A stretch of DNA of 64,000 bases, taken from Succinivibrionaceae bacterium (GTDB lineage Bacteria > Pseudomonadota > Gammaproteobacteria > Enterobacterales > Succinivibrionaceae). The stretch is from NCBI GenBank assembly GCA_019420905.1, contig JAHZGH010000010.1, positions 2,332-66,331 on the forward strand. The letters run 5' to 3'. A program made the position numbers and the translations under genes. Of this stretch, positions 55,129-64,000 are shown in pieces. The notes under the pieces are model-generated. The model was given only the letters and a program-made list of their open reading frames with translations. It had not been told where the DNA came from and searched no databases. Each line of letters opens with the position of its first letter. The stretch's first letter is position 1.

Positions 55129-56823
55129 TTATGAGGATTTTCTTTGAGGCTCACGCAAATACCTGCGCATTACCTTACCTACAGGAGATTTAGGTAATTC
55201 GCTGACAAATTCGATATATTTAGGCAATTTATATCCTGTAAGATAACGCTTACAAAAAACTAATAACTCATAAATAGTCAAATTAGGATCTTTTTTGACT
55301 ACAAAAAGTTTTATTGCCTCTCCTGTTGTCTTAGACGGCACTCCGACTACAGCACATTCTAAAACGCGTGGATTCAAACTTAAAACATCTTCAATTTCTG
55401 AAGGAAAAACATTAAAACCTGACACCAAGATCATATCCTTTAAACGATCAATGATCTTAATATAGCCCCCCTCCTGCCAAACAGCAATATCGCCTGTACG
55501 CAGCCAGCCATTATCAAAAATATTGCGCGTTTCCTCTGGATTGCGATAATAGCCAAGCATAACCTGTGGCCCTTTAAATTCAAGCTCTCCTGGAACCCCT
55601 AAAGAAGTAATCTCATCTCGTGTATTAGGATCAACAATACGCGCTAAAGTTGATGGAACAGGAAGACCAATTGAACCTGTATATTCATGCGTAGTATAAG
55701 GATTTACACAGCATAATGGCGAACACTCAGTCAAGCCGTAACCTTCTAAAATAGCTAAGCCGGTAGTTGCTAAAAAGCGTTCCGCTACTCCTTTTTGCAC
55801 AGCAGCTCCACCGCCTACAACTAAGCGCAGCTTTTTAAGCTTGACTTTAGAAAAAACATCATGATTCAGCATAGCGTTATATAGAGTATTAACACCAGTC
55901 ATGATTGAAATCTCAGGATGTCGCTTTAAAATCTTAACTGTAGTTTTAAGGTCTCTAGCATCAACAATCAAAATTCCAGTACTGCCTAAAAAGAAGCCGA
56001 ACATCATATTTATAGTCATGGCAAAAATATGATACAAAGGCAATGCTGTAAGTAAAGTTTCTTCGCCTCTATTTATAGCAGGGCCATACATAGCATAAGT
56101 CTGAGCTACGTTGCTTAAGATATTTTTATGTGTAAGCATTGCTCCTTTAGGTTTGCCTGTAGTGCCTCCTGTATACTGCAAAAACGCAATATCATCAAGG
56201 CTGACATCTACTTTTTCAAGCCTATAATTAGAATTACTTTTTAAAATATCTTTAAAAAAAATAAAGTTTTCTTTTTCGTAAGCATCTACTAAATGCCTTA
56301 CATGCTTGACCACAAAATCAACAAGCGCACCCTTAAATAGACCAAGGCAATCGCCCAAAGATGTTAAAATAACAGCCTTTAAATTAAGATGCTTGCGAAC
56401 ATTTATTAAAGTATTAGCTTTAGTATCTAAAGCTAATACATACTCTGTCCTCGAATCTTTTAAAACGCTTTCAATCTCGCGCTCAGTATACAAAGGATTA
56501 ATATTCACCACTTTAAGTCCTAACTTTAAAGCAGCAAATACAGCTATTGGATATTGAATGGTATTAGGCAGGATAATCGCAAAATGCTCGCCCTTTTTAA
56601 TCTTAAGCTCATGCTGCAGATAGGCGGCAAAGCGATTTACATAAATTGACAGCTCACCATAGCTTATAGCTTTTTCAAAGCTTATATAAGCTTTATGACT
56701 GCTAAATGCCTGCGTGATGCTGTCAAACATAGCGCCGATATTCTCATAGCAACAGCCTTTTATTTCGTGCGGAACATCCAAAGGATAGCTTTGATACCAA
56801 AAATTATGGCTGTACTTTTCCAT
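55129..56823 (-). CDS. fadD: long-chain-fatty-acid--CoA ligase
   Basis: AMP-binding motif YTGGTTGKPKGA plus the GYGLTE and TGDIAV motifs. Length 564 aa. Confidence 0.88.
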   Translation of the reverse strand: MEKYSHNFWYQSYPLDVPHEIKGCCYENIGAMFDSITQAFSSHKAYISFEKAISYGELSIYVNRFAAYLQHELKIKKGEHFAIILPNTIQYPIAVFAALKLGLKVVNINPLYTEREIESVLKDSRTEYVLALDTKANTLINVRKHLNLKAVILTSLGDCLGLFKGALVDFVVKHVRHLVDAYEKENFIFFKDILKSNSNYRLEKVDVSLDDIAFLQYTGGTTGKPKGAMLTHKNILSNVAQTYAMYGPAINRGEETLLTALPLYHIFAMTINMMFGFFLGSTGILIVDARDLKTTVKILKRHPEISIMTGVNTLYNAMLNHDVFSKVKLKKLRLVVGGGAAVQKGVAERFLATTGLAILEGYGLTECSPLCCVNPYTTHEYTGSIGLPVPSTLARIVDPNTRDEITSLGVPGELEFKGPQVMLGYYRNPEETRNIFDNGWLRTGDIAVWQEGGYIKIIDRLKDMILVSGFNVFPSEIEDVLSLNPRVLECAVVGVPSKTTGEAIKLFVVKKDPNLTIYELLVFCKRYLTGYKLPKYIEFVSELPKSPVGKVMRRYLREPQRKSS

Positions 56824-56837
56824 ATCAGCGTCCTTAT

Positions 56838-57926
56838 TTATTTATGACTCTCGGCAAATTCCTTTAAGAATTTTACTAACGCCTCAACTCCCTCATACGG
56901 CATTGCATTATAAATGCTAGCTCTCATACCACCTAAAACCTTATGACCTTTAAGGCCGATTAAATTAGCCTCTTTTGCTTTAGCTAAGAACTCATTATTT
57001 AAAAGTTCGTTCTTAAGCGTAAAAACGCAGTTAACTCGAGAGCGGCTCTGAGGAGCAATCGGGCAATTATAAAAATCAGTACTGTCTATATAACTATATA
57101 ATAGTTCAGACTTAGCCAAATTGCGTTTTTGCATGCCTTCAACACCACCCATCTTTATAATCCAGCGGAAGTTCAGCATAGCCATATACCAAGAGAAAGT
57201 ACACGGGGTGTTATACATGGAATCATATTGAGAGAGCACAGACCAATCAAGCACAGAAGGGCAATATTTTCGACTGCGTCCCAATAAATCTTCCCTTACT
57301 ATAGTTATAGTCATTCCTGCAGGTGCAACGTTTTTCTGTACGCCAAAGATAATAGCTCCAAAACGGCTTACATCGATAGGACGCGTCAGTATATCAGAAG
57401 ACATATCCGCAATTAAGGGCACATCACCGGTATCGGGAAGCTCAAACATTTCAAGGCCATTTACAGTCTCATTAATGCAGCAATAAGCATAGCTTGCCCC
57501 CTCAGTAACCTTCATGGCACTGTAATCAATATAGTACTTGCCATTTTCATCTTTTGGTGAACATTCATGCAAAATAGCCTTGCCATAACGCTCAGCACAT
57601 TCTTTATAAGCGCAGCGAGACCAATGACCGGTAACAAAGTAATCAGCAAAGCCATCTTCCGGGAGAAGATTCATTGGAATAGCTGCAAACTGGCCGCGTC
57701 CGCCGCCCTGCTCAAATAAAATCTTATAATTTGCAGGAACATTCAAAAGCTTACGTAAATTTTCTTCTGCCTCTTTGGCAACTGCAGTAAATTCAGCAGA
57801 ACGATGAGATAGCTCAACAACACCTACTCCCATACCATTAAAGCTTGTAAATTCCTGCTGAGCATGCTCCATTACTTCAGACGGCAACATGCACGGACCG
57901 GCAGCATAATTCCATGGTTTAGTCAT
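56838..57926 (-). CDS. serC: 3-phosphoserine/phosphohydroxythreonine aminotransferase
   Basis: Class V aminotransferase of 362 aa with the N-terminal WNYAAGPCMLPSEV motif. Its start overlaps the gyrA stop. Confidence 0.93.
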   Translation of the reverse strand: MTKPWNYAAGPCMLPSEVMEHAQQEFTSFNGMGVGVVELSHRSAEFTAVAKEAEENLRKLLNVPANYKILFEQGGGRGQFAAIPMNLLPEDGFADYFVTGHWSRCAYKECAERYGKAILHECSPKDENGKYYIDYSAMKVTEGASYAYCCINETVNGLEMFELPDTGDVPLIADMSSDILTRPIDVSRFGAIIFGVQKNVAPAGMTITIVREDLLGRSRKYCPSVLDWSVLSQYDSMYNTPCTFSWYMAMLNFRWIIKMGGVEGMQKRNLAKSELLYSYIDSTDFYNCPIAPQSRSRVNCVFTLKNELLNNEFLAKAKEANLIGLKGHKVLGGMRASIYNAMPYEGVEALVKFLKEFAESHK

Positions 57927-60813
57927 TCATATTCTCCTTTTTCTGTGAATCATCCGACTCTTTTGGCAGATTTTCTGAGGCTAAAGAAATTTCCTGCTGA
58001 ACAGATTCCTTTTCCTGCATTTCTTTTATAGCTTGTTTTTCAAGAGCTCTCGCCTGAGCAGTCTTACGGCTATTTTCAACTACATTTTCAGGAATAGCCT
58101 GAAGGCCTACGACTTGAGCATCATCCATGCGCATTAAAATAACGCCAGAAGCACTGCGTCCGCACTCGCGAATAGTATTCATAGGAGATCTAATTAAAAT
58201 GCCTGTATCAGTGATAAGCATAAATTCACTCTCATCATCTGCTTTTACGGCTCCTATGACTGCACCATTACGCTCTAAGTTACGAATTGCAAATACACCT
58301 TGACCACCACGATTGCGCAGGGCAAGAGTATCAAGAGCAATTCGTTTGCCAAAGCCATTAGCTGTTGCAATAAGGCACTGCGTACAAGAATCATTCGGAG
58401 GCAGCACAATCATGGAAACAACCTTTGCATCACCAATTAAGCGAATACCGCGGATTCCTGCAGAATTACGTCCAGAAGGTCTTACTCCCGATCCATTATG
58501 ACGGGAAAGTCCTTCGTTAGCATCATTATCCTCAGAATTCTCTAAATTATCTATGCATTCCTCATCTTCGGCAGCATCCTTTGAGGCTTTATAATACTCA
58601 CAGAAATGAATAGCACGGCCGTCTGAAGTAAATAGATAGATATCATCATCACCGCTTGAAATTTCAACGCCAATAAGCTCATCGCCTTCAGCAAGATTAA
58701 TGGCCTTAATACCGCGATCGCCTCCGCGCTTAACAAAGCTTTCAAAAGCCGAAACCGGAGTTTTCTTTACTAAACCCTTAGAGGTTGCGTACATAAAATA
58801 CGTATCCTCTTCAAACTTAGATACAGGCAGCATAGCTGTAATACGCTCGTTTTCAGCGATTTCGAATACATTTTGTACAGGCCTGCCTCTCCAGGTGCGA
58901 TTTTCTGATGTCGGCAAATCATAAACAATAGAAATAAAAGCTCGGCCTAGATTAGTAAAGCACAGCATCTTATCGTGAGTATTTGCTACTACGACATTAT
59001 TGATAAAATCCTCTTCCTTTAAAGAAGCTGCTCTGCGCCCCTTACCTCCGTGAGCTTGACTCTCATAAGAAGCTATATCCTGATACTTTATATAGCCTTG
59101 ATAAGATAAAGTAACAATAACATCCTGCTTAGCAATTAAATCAGCCTTATTAAAGTTACCGTCGTCATTAACAAAATTAGAGCGGCGAGGAGATGCAAAC
59201 TCATTCTTACAAGCAATCAAATCCTCACGAATAACTCTCTTCATGCGCTCAGGATTATTCAAAATATCCAGATAATCGCGGATATTCACCAATAAGCTCT
59301 TATAATCTCCTAAAATCTCATCTGAAGCTAAATGAGTTAAGCGCGATAACTGCAGGGCCAAAATGGCTCGAGCCTGAGCATCTGAGAGATAATACTTGCC
59401 GTCAATATAGCCGCAGTCATCACCTATTCCCTGAGGAGTGGTAATATTCTTTCCCTCTGGCGTACGCTCAATTAATGCATTGATTTTTGAGCCATCCCAT
59501 GGCTCTTGCTTTAAAAGCTCCCTAGCCTCATCTTGATTCTGCGATGAAGTAATTAAATCTATAACTCGCTGAATATTTGCTTTAGCAACCATCAAGCCTT
59601 CCGCTACATGCGCACGACGACGATCTTGACGTAATAAATAAACAGTTCTGCGGGTAACGACTTCACGGCGGAATTTAATGAACTCCTTTAAAACTTCCAT
59701 CAAGGATAGCTGTCGCGGATGGTTGTTAACTAAGGCAACCATATTTATCCAGAAAGAAGACTGCAGCATAGTCTGCGAATAAAGATTATTTAATACCGCC
59801 TCTTCATAAGCATCACGCTTAAGATCAATGGCAATGCGTACAGCATTGTCCTTATCAGACAAATCATTGACCTCTGCTATGCCTTCGATTTTCTTTTCAC
59901 GGACTAATTGAGCAATCTGCTTGACGATATCAACCTTATGAACAACATAAGGGATCTCGTCAACAATAATAGTCTTACGGCCTGACTTATCCGTTTCAAC
60001 ATGAGTACGAGAACGAATTACGCAACGGCCACGACCTGTAGCGTATGCCTGCTTAATGCCATCATTACCAACAATAAGTCCGCCTGTAGGGAAATCCGGG
60101 CCAGGAATATACTGCATCAACTCGTCTAAAGTAAGCTCCGGATTATCTAATAAGGCAACAGTTCCATCAATAATCTCTCCTAAATTATGCGGAGGAATAT
60201 TAGTGGCCATACCTACGGCAATTCCTGAGGAGCCATTAACAAGCAAGTTAGGGAAACGAGTCGGCAGAACTTCAGGAATCTGCTCATTACCGTCGTAATT
60301 TGGATAAGTATTAACAGTTTCCTTGTCAATATCAGTAAGCATAGCCTCGGCAATCTTGGTCATCTTGATTTCGGTATAACGCATAGCTGCTGCGCCATCG
60401 CCATCAATATCACCAAAATTTCCCTGACCAAAAATTAAAGGCTCACGCATGGAAAACCATTGTGCCATGCGCACAATAGTTTCATAAACTGCAGTATCGC
60501 CATGCGGATGAAAACGGCCGATGACGTCGCCTACAATACGTGCCGATTTTTTTGTCTGCCCCGTATGCCATACCTTAAGATCATACATATCGTAAAGAAC
60601 ACGACGATGTACAGGTTTCAAACCATCGCGCACATCAGGCAAAGCTCTATCCACGATCACAGACATGGCATAATCAATAAAAGACTGTTTGAGCTCGTCC
60701 TCTAGATTGACAGTAGCAACGTCAAAATTGACGCTTTGAGAGGCTGTCTTTGGAGAGTTATCTCCTTCACGCTCTGTAGCTTCTAAAGTCTCTTTGTCGT
60801 TTTGGTCAGACAT
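57919..60813 (-). CDS. gyrA: DNA gyrase subunit A
   Basis: DYAMSVIVDRALPDVRDGLKPVHRR motif, QRDR HPHGDTAVYETIVRMAQ and a beta-pinwheel CTD. Length 964 aa. Confidence 0.97.
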   Translation of the reverse strand: MSDQNDKETLEATEREGDNSPKTASQSVNFDVATVNLEDELKQSFIDYAMSVIVDRALPDVRDGLKPVHRRVLYDMYDLKVWHTGQTKKSARIVGDVIGRFHPHGDTAVYETIVRMAQWFSMREPLIFGQGNFGDIDGDGAAAMRYTEIKMTKIAEAMLTDIDKETVNTYPNYDGNEQIPEVLPTRFPNLLVNGSSGIAVGMATNIPPHNLGEIIDGTVALLDNPELTLDELMQYIPGPDFPTGGLIVGNDGIKQAYATGRGRCVIRSRTHVETDKSGRKTIIVDEIPYVVHKVDIVKQIAQLVREKKIEGIAEVNDLSDKDNAVRIAIDLKRDAYEEAVLNNLYSQTMLQSSFWINMVALVNNHPRQLSLMEVLKEFIKFRREVVTRRTVYLLRQDRRRAHVAEGLMVAKANIQRVIDLITSSQNQDEARELLKQEPWDGSKINALIERTPEGKNITTPQGIGDDCGYIDGKYYLSDAQARAILALQLSRLTHLASDEILGDYKSLLVNIRDYLDILNNPERMKRVIREDLIACKNEFASPRRSNFVNDDGNFNKADLIAKQDVIVTLSYQGYIKYQDIASYESQAHGGKGRRAASLKEEDFINNVVVANTHDKMLCFTNLGRAFISIVYDLPTSENRTWRGRPVQNVFEIAENERITAMLPVSKFEEDTYFMYATSKGLVKKTPVSAFESFVKRGGDRGIKAINLAEGDELIGVEISSGDDDIYLFTSDGRAIHFCEYYKASKDAAEDEECIDNLENSEDNDANEGLSRHNGSGVRPSGRNSAGIRGIRLIGDAKVVSMIVLPPNDSCTQCLIATANGFGKRIALDTLALRNRGGQGVFAIRNLERNGAVIGAVKADDESEFMLITDTGILIRSPMNTIRECGRSASGVILMRMDDAQVVGLQAIPENVVENSRKTAQARALEKQAIKEMQEKESVQQEISLASENLPKESDDSQKKENMND

Positions 60814-60983
60814 TAATACTACTTCCTTAAATTTCAGTATCCAAATTGGAGGAGTTTAGCTTTTAATTATATCAATTTTGTTAATTTTTTTCAATGAATA
60901 AGAGCTTTTGCAGGGTTCTCCGAGCTTGAAAAAAAAGCGTTTTCTAAGGATAATTAAGAAGTCTTTTTTTTATATATCGAGAA

Positions 60984-61898
60984 ATGCTAATGTGGTTTAA
61001 AAACGCCCGATTCTACACTGTTAATTTCAGTGAGCTTAATGCTATTTTTAATGATGAAAAGCTGTTATGCGATGCAATTGAGAGTACTTCTTTCCGTCCC
61101 TGCACCGCTCAAGAAATTTCCACTATAGGCTTTGTGCCTTTATTTGGCGGAGATACATCTTATCACTTCTCTTGCGGACAAAATCATTTCTTCAAACTGC
61201 AGGAGGAGACAAAGCTATTACCTTCCTCTGTAGTTAATAATCAATTATCTGAATTAGTATCTCAGAAAGAGTTAGAACTCAAGCGCCAATTACGAAAAAA
61301 TGAAAGAGATGCTTTAAAATCAGCAGTGATAAATCAGCTTTTAAGCCGAGCTTTTGCGACAAGACGCGAACTTCTAATATGGGTTAATCCTCAGCATGGA
61401 CTATGCGCCGTATCGGCAAGCTCAGCTAAAAGAGCAGAAAAAGGCTTAGCTATGATGCGAGAGGCTTTTTCGACCTTCCCAGCAAAGCTTTTAGAACCGC
61501 ATTGTTTAGTCGAAGATCGCTTAAGTGCATGGCTTCGGGATGGCAAGCCAGCTTCTGTTTTCAGTTTAGGCAGCGACACTACATTAAAAAGTGTTGATGA
61601 TGACGGCGGTACAGTCAGAATTTCAAGAGAAGATCTTACGTCAGAGGAAATCTCTGTGCATTTAAATGCAGGAAAAGTGGTAACTGAACTGCAGCTTACA
61701 TTTGATGACAGCTTAATGCTTGTTTTATGCTCGGATCTATCCTGTAAGCGCATGAAGCCTACAGATCAATATTTAGAACGCAACCTGCCGGAAAAAAGCG
61801 ATGATGCCGTTGCTGACATGCAGGCTCATTTAGTTTTACAAGGCGAAATATTAGAAAAACTAGGTACACAAATTTTGGAGACTTTTAACTGTGCTTAA
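60984..61898 (+). CDS. rdgC: recombination-associated protein RdgC
   Basis: MLMWFKNARFYTV N-terminus. The 304-aa length and overall similarity fit RdgC. Confidence 0.92.
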   Translation: MLMWFKNARFYTVNFSELNAIFNDEKLLCDAIESTSFRPCTAQEISTIGFVPLFGGDTSYHFSCGQNHFFKLQEETKLLPSSVVNNQLSELVSQKELELKRQLRKNERDALKSAVINQLLSRAFATRRELLIWVNPQHGLCAVSASSAKRAEKGLAMMREAFSTFPAKLLEPHCLVEDRLSAWLRDGKPASVFSLGSDTTLKSVDDDGGTVRISREDLTSEEISVHLNAGKVVTELQLTFDDSLMLVLCSDLSCKRMKPTDQYLERNLPEKSDDAVADMQAHLVLQGEILEKLGTQILETFNCA

Positions 61899-63174
61899 AA
61901 AGCCTGAATTGTTAGCTCCAGCAGGTAGCTTAAAACACCTGCAGATGGCCCTCGATTTTGGTGCAGATGCTGTTTATGCCGGCGTTCCTAAATGGTCATT
62001 GCGTGTGCGCGGTAATGGCTTTGTACATGATGATTTTGAAAAAGGTATCGCCTATGCTCATAAGCAAGGCAAAAAAGTACATGCCGTTTTAAATATAATT
62101 CCTCATGTACGCAGAACGCAGGGATTTAACGCAATTTTAGATGAAATGGCTGCCCTAAAGCCTGATGCTTTTATTATGGGGGATCCAGGTCTTATTGACA
62201 TGGTAAGAGAGCGTTATCCAGAAATTCCGATTCACCTTTCTGTACAGGCTAATACAGTTAATGCCGGTTCAGTTAAATTTTGGCATAAAGTCGGCTTAAC
62301 TAGATGTATTTTAGCGCGCGAGCTTTCAATAACTGAAATAGATCTTATAAAGCAGGCTTGCCCTGAAATGGAAATAGAAGTTTTCATTCACGGCGCTTTA
62401 TGTATTGCTGTATCAGGACGCTGTTTAATTTCAGGATTTCTAGCTCATCGTGATGCCAATATCGGGGCTTGCAACAACGCCTGCCGTTACGGATTTAAAG
62501 TACGTAATATTCACAGTGCTCATAGTGCAGAATTTGCTGATCCTGAATCCTTATCAATGCAGATTGAAGAAAGCATGCATCACCCGAATGAATGGTTTAA
62601 TTTAGAAGAAGATCAATGCGGTTCTTATCTTATGAACTCCAAAGATCTCTGCGCTTTGCCAATATTAGATAAATTAATTAAAACCGGAGTTGACTCTCTT
62701 AAAATTGAAGGTCGTTCCAGATCTCCATTCTATGCTGCCGCTATTTCCAGAGCTTATCGTTTAGCTATTGACGCTATTGCAAGAAATGAAGATATTCCTT
62801 CTGAAAGCTATCAGATTGTCAATTCGATTCCCTCTCGAGGCTATACAACAGGACTGTTAGTTCCTCATCGTCCTGATGAAACTCAGGATTACAATACTAA
62901 TGCCCCAAGTGCCGGAAAGTGGCAGATTGCTGGAGATATTACTGGCCGCGATGAAGAGGGACGCCTGCTCATCACTGTTAAAAACCGCTTTGAAAAAGGC
63001 TCTAAGATGAAGCTCTTTACTCCGCATGGACTATTAGACTTATCTTGCGAGCATATGGTAGATGATCGTGATCGACCTGTAGACGTGGCTCCTGGCAGCG
63101 GTTATTTTGTCAAAGTTCCTTATGCTTCAGAACTTGATTTAAATACTACCGTGCTTTTACGTGACGACAGCTAA
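61891..63174 (+). CDS. U32-family peptidase-like Fe-S protein (YegQ/TrhP-like)
   Basis: KPELLAPAGS N-terminus and the Cys cluster ALCIAVSGRCLISGF...GACNNACRY. GTG start overlapping the rdgC stop by 8 nt. Confidence 0.82.
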   Translation: MLKKPELLAPAGSLKHLQMALDFGADAVYAGVPKWSLRVRGNGFVHDDFEKGIAYAHKQGKKVHAVLNIIPHVRRTQGFNAILDEMAALKPDAFIMGDPGLIDMVRERYPEIPIHLSVQANTVNAGSVKFWHKVGLTRCILARELSITEIDLIKQACPEMEIEVFIHGALCIAVSGRCLISGFLAHRDANIGACNNACRYGFKVRNIHSAHSAEFADPESLSMQIEESMHHPNEWFNLEEDQCGSYLMNSKDLCALPILDKLIKTGVDSLKIEGRSRSPFYAAAISRAYRLAIDAIARNEDIPSESYQIVNSIPSRGYTTGLLVPHRPDETQDYNTNAPSAGKWQIAGDITGRDEEGRLLITVKNRFEKGSKMKLFTPHGLLDLSCEHMVDDRDRPVDVAPGSGYFVKVPYASELDLNTTVLLRDDS

Positions 63175-63216
63175 TAAAAAATCCTAACAGCTTTTACTGT
63201 TAGGACTTTGCTGTAC

Positions 63217-63843
63217 TTAACTTTCAAAAGGAGCTGGATCCCCAGCTCCTACTCTCCTGATAACAGGCATATCATCCTCAAAACGAATAACTGTAGTAGG
63301 TGCTGAATTCAAAACACCGCCATCTACAATAACATCCACAAGCTTACCTATCTTATTGTTAATTTCGACAGGATCATTTTCTGGTTCTTCTTCTCCTGGC
63401 AAGATTAAGGTACAGCTCATTAAACATTCATTCAATTCGCTAATCAAAGCATCTAAGATAGCATTTTGCGGGACTCTAAGTCCTATAGTGCGACGTTTTT
63501 CATTCATCATACGACGCGGCACTTCCTTAGTTGCCGGCAAAATAAAAGTATATGCCCCTGGCGTATTGTTTTTTAATAATCTAAATACAGTATTATCAAA
63601 GCGAGCATAAGTTGAGAGCTCTGATAAGTCTCGACACAATAAAGTAAAATTATGGTGCTTGCTTATCTGTCGTATGCGAGCAATTCTTTCCATGGCATTT
63701 TTCTCTTCAAGCATACAACATAAAGCATAAGCCGAATCTGTAGGAATCACAGCTACGCCGCCATTACGTAAAATATCCGCAATTTTTTTAATCAAGCGAA
63801 CCTGGGGATTATCAGGATGCACGCTAATAAATTCACAAGCCAT
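63217..63843 (-). CDS. yciO: YrdC/Sua5-fold protein YciO
   Basis: Near-collinear with E. coli YciO: IHPDNPQ.RLI..., PTDS.YAL.C...DKNAMERI.RIRQ, HNFTL.CRDLSELSTY. Confidence 0.9.
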   Translation of the reverse strand: MACEFISVHPDNPQVRLIKKIADILRNGGVAVIPTDSAYALCCMLEEKNAMERIARIRQISKHHNFTLLCRDLSELSTYARFDNTVFRLLKNNTPGAYTFILPATKEVPRRMMNEKRRTIGLRVPQNAILDALISELNECLMSCTLILPGEEEPENDPVEINNKIGKLVDVIVDGGVLNSAPTTVIRFEDDMPVIRRVGAGDPAPFES

Positions 63844-63858
63844 TTTTTTTTCTCTTTA

Positions 63859-64000
63859 TTAAAAATGATATGGCAACGCCTCTTCCATCTTCCAAACAGG
63901 ATCTAAACTATCAGGAAGCTTAAGTTCCATACCTAAATCTCGATATGTTCCAAGGGCATGAAAATCTGACCCCATAGAAGCTTTAAATGCATAAAATTTC
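63859..64000 (-). CDS. PHP-domain protein YciV/TrpH (RNase AM) C-terminal end, partial
   Basis: My minus-strand translation gives ...ASMGSDFHALGTYRDLGMELKLPDSLDPVWKMEEALPYHF*. This resembles the TrpH C-terminus (GSDFH...), and the gene lies upstream of yciO as in E. coli. Confidence 0.65.
   Translation of the reverse strand, partial: KFYAFKASMGSDFHALGTYRDLGMELKLPDSLDPVWKMEEALPYHF

Noticed and set aside
60460-60510. GyrA QRDR reads HPHGDTAVYETIVRMAQ (Thr and Glu at the positions equivalent to E. coli S83 and D87), considered as quinolone-resistance mutations
   Set aside because: Thr at position 83 and Glu at position 87 are wild-type residues in several susceptible species. Without the lineage's reference sequence this is most simply natural variation.
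1-64000. Conspicuously frequent AGCT / AAGCTT (HindIII) motifs throughout the window, considered as a restriction-avoidance or uptake-sequence type signal
   Set aside because: They mostly arise from the preferred codons GCT (Ala), AGC (Ser), AAG/AAA-GCT and CTT/TTA contexts on both strands. Codon-usage bias is the simpler explanation, and a k-mer observed/expected calculation would be needed to say more.
1-64000. Scan for tRNA/rRNA genes, CRISPR repeats, IS inverted repeats, integrase or phage genes
   Set aside because: I found no T-arm-like GGTTCGAATCC boxes, no regularly spaced repeats and no transposase- or integrase-like ORFs. The only notable direct repeats are the 41-bp duplication in the LysR gene and the 24-nt repeat in rnfD.

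Overview
AT-rich gammaproteobacterial chromosome segment packed with about 55 mostly housekeeping genes. Gene neighbourhoods (apt-dnaX, metNIQ, nth next to rnfABCDGE, pdxB, purT, sohB-topA, rplY, dusA, potABC, prs, fadD-rnd, gyrA-serC, rdgC, yciV-yciO) resemble Enterobacterales/Aeromonadales layouts. A Succinivibrionaceae-like anaerobe is my guess only. I recognise no rRNA, tRNA, CRISPR array, IS element or prophage, and no obvious self-contained novel multi-gene system. Items worth a second look: (1) dnaX is broken at a poly-A tract that carries the E. coli-type A AAA AAG slippery heptamer, but with outcomes swapped: the 0 frame gives a short gamma-like product and the -1 frame gives tau. (2) RnfD carries a tandem 24-nt repeat that multiplies its FMN-attachment motif. 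(3) A perfect 41-bp tandem duplication frameshifts the 3' end of a LysR regulator. (4) Several intact ORFs are clear homologues of well-known enzymes but appear to lack catalytic residues: an SHMT-like ORF coupled to dusA, an ExoI-like ORF behind purT, an Fe-ADH-like ORF, and possibly CobS-like and M20-like ORFs. (5) An HNH nuclease is paired with an NAD(P)-binding protein next to a long AT-rich spacer. (6) An orphan hairpin-terminated region between two convergent genes may be an sRNA or a gene remnant. All residue-level comparisons are made from memory of family motifs and need real alignments.
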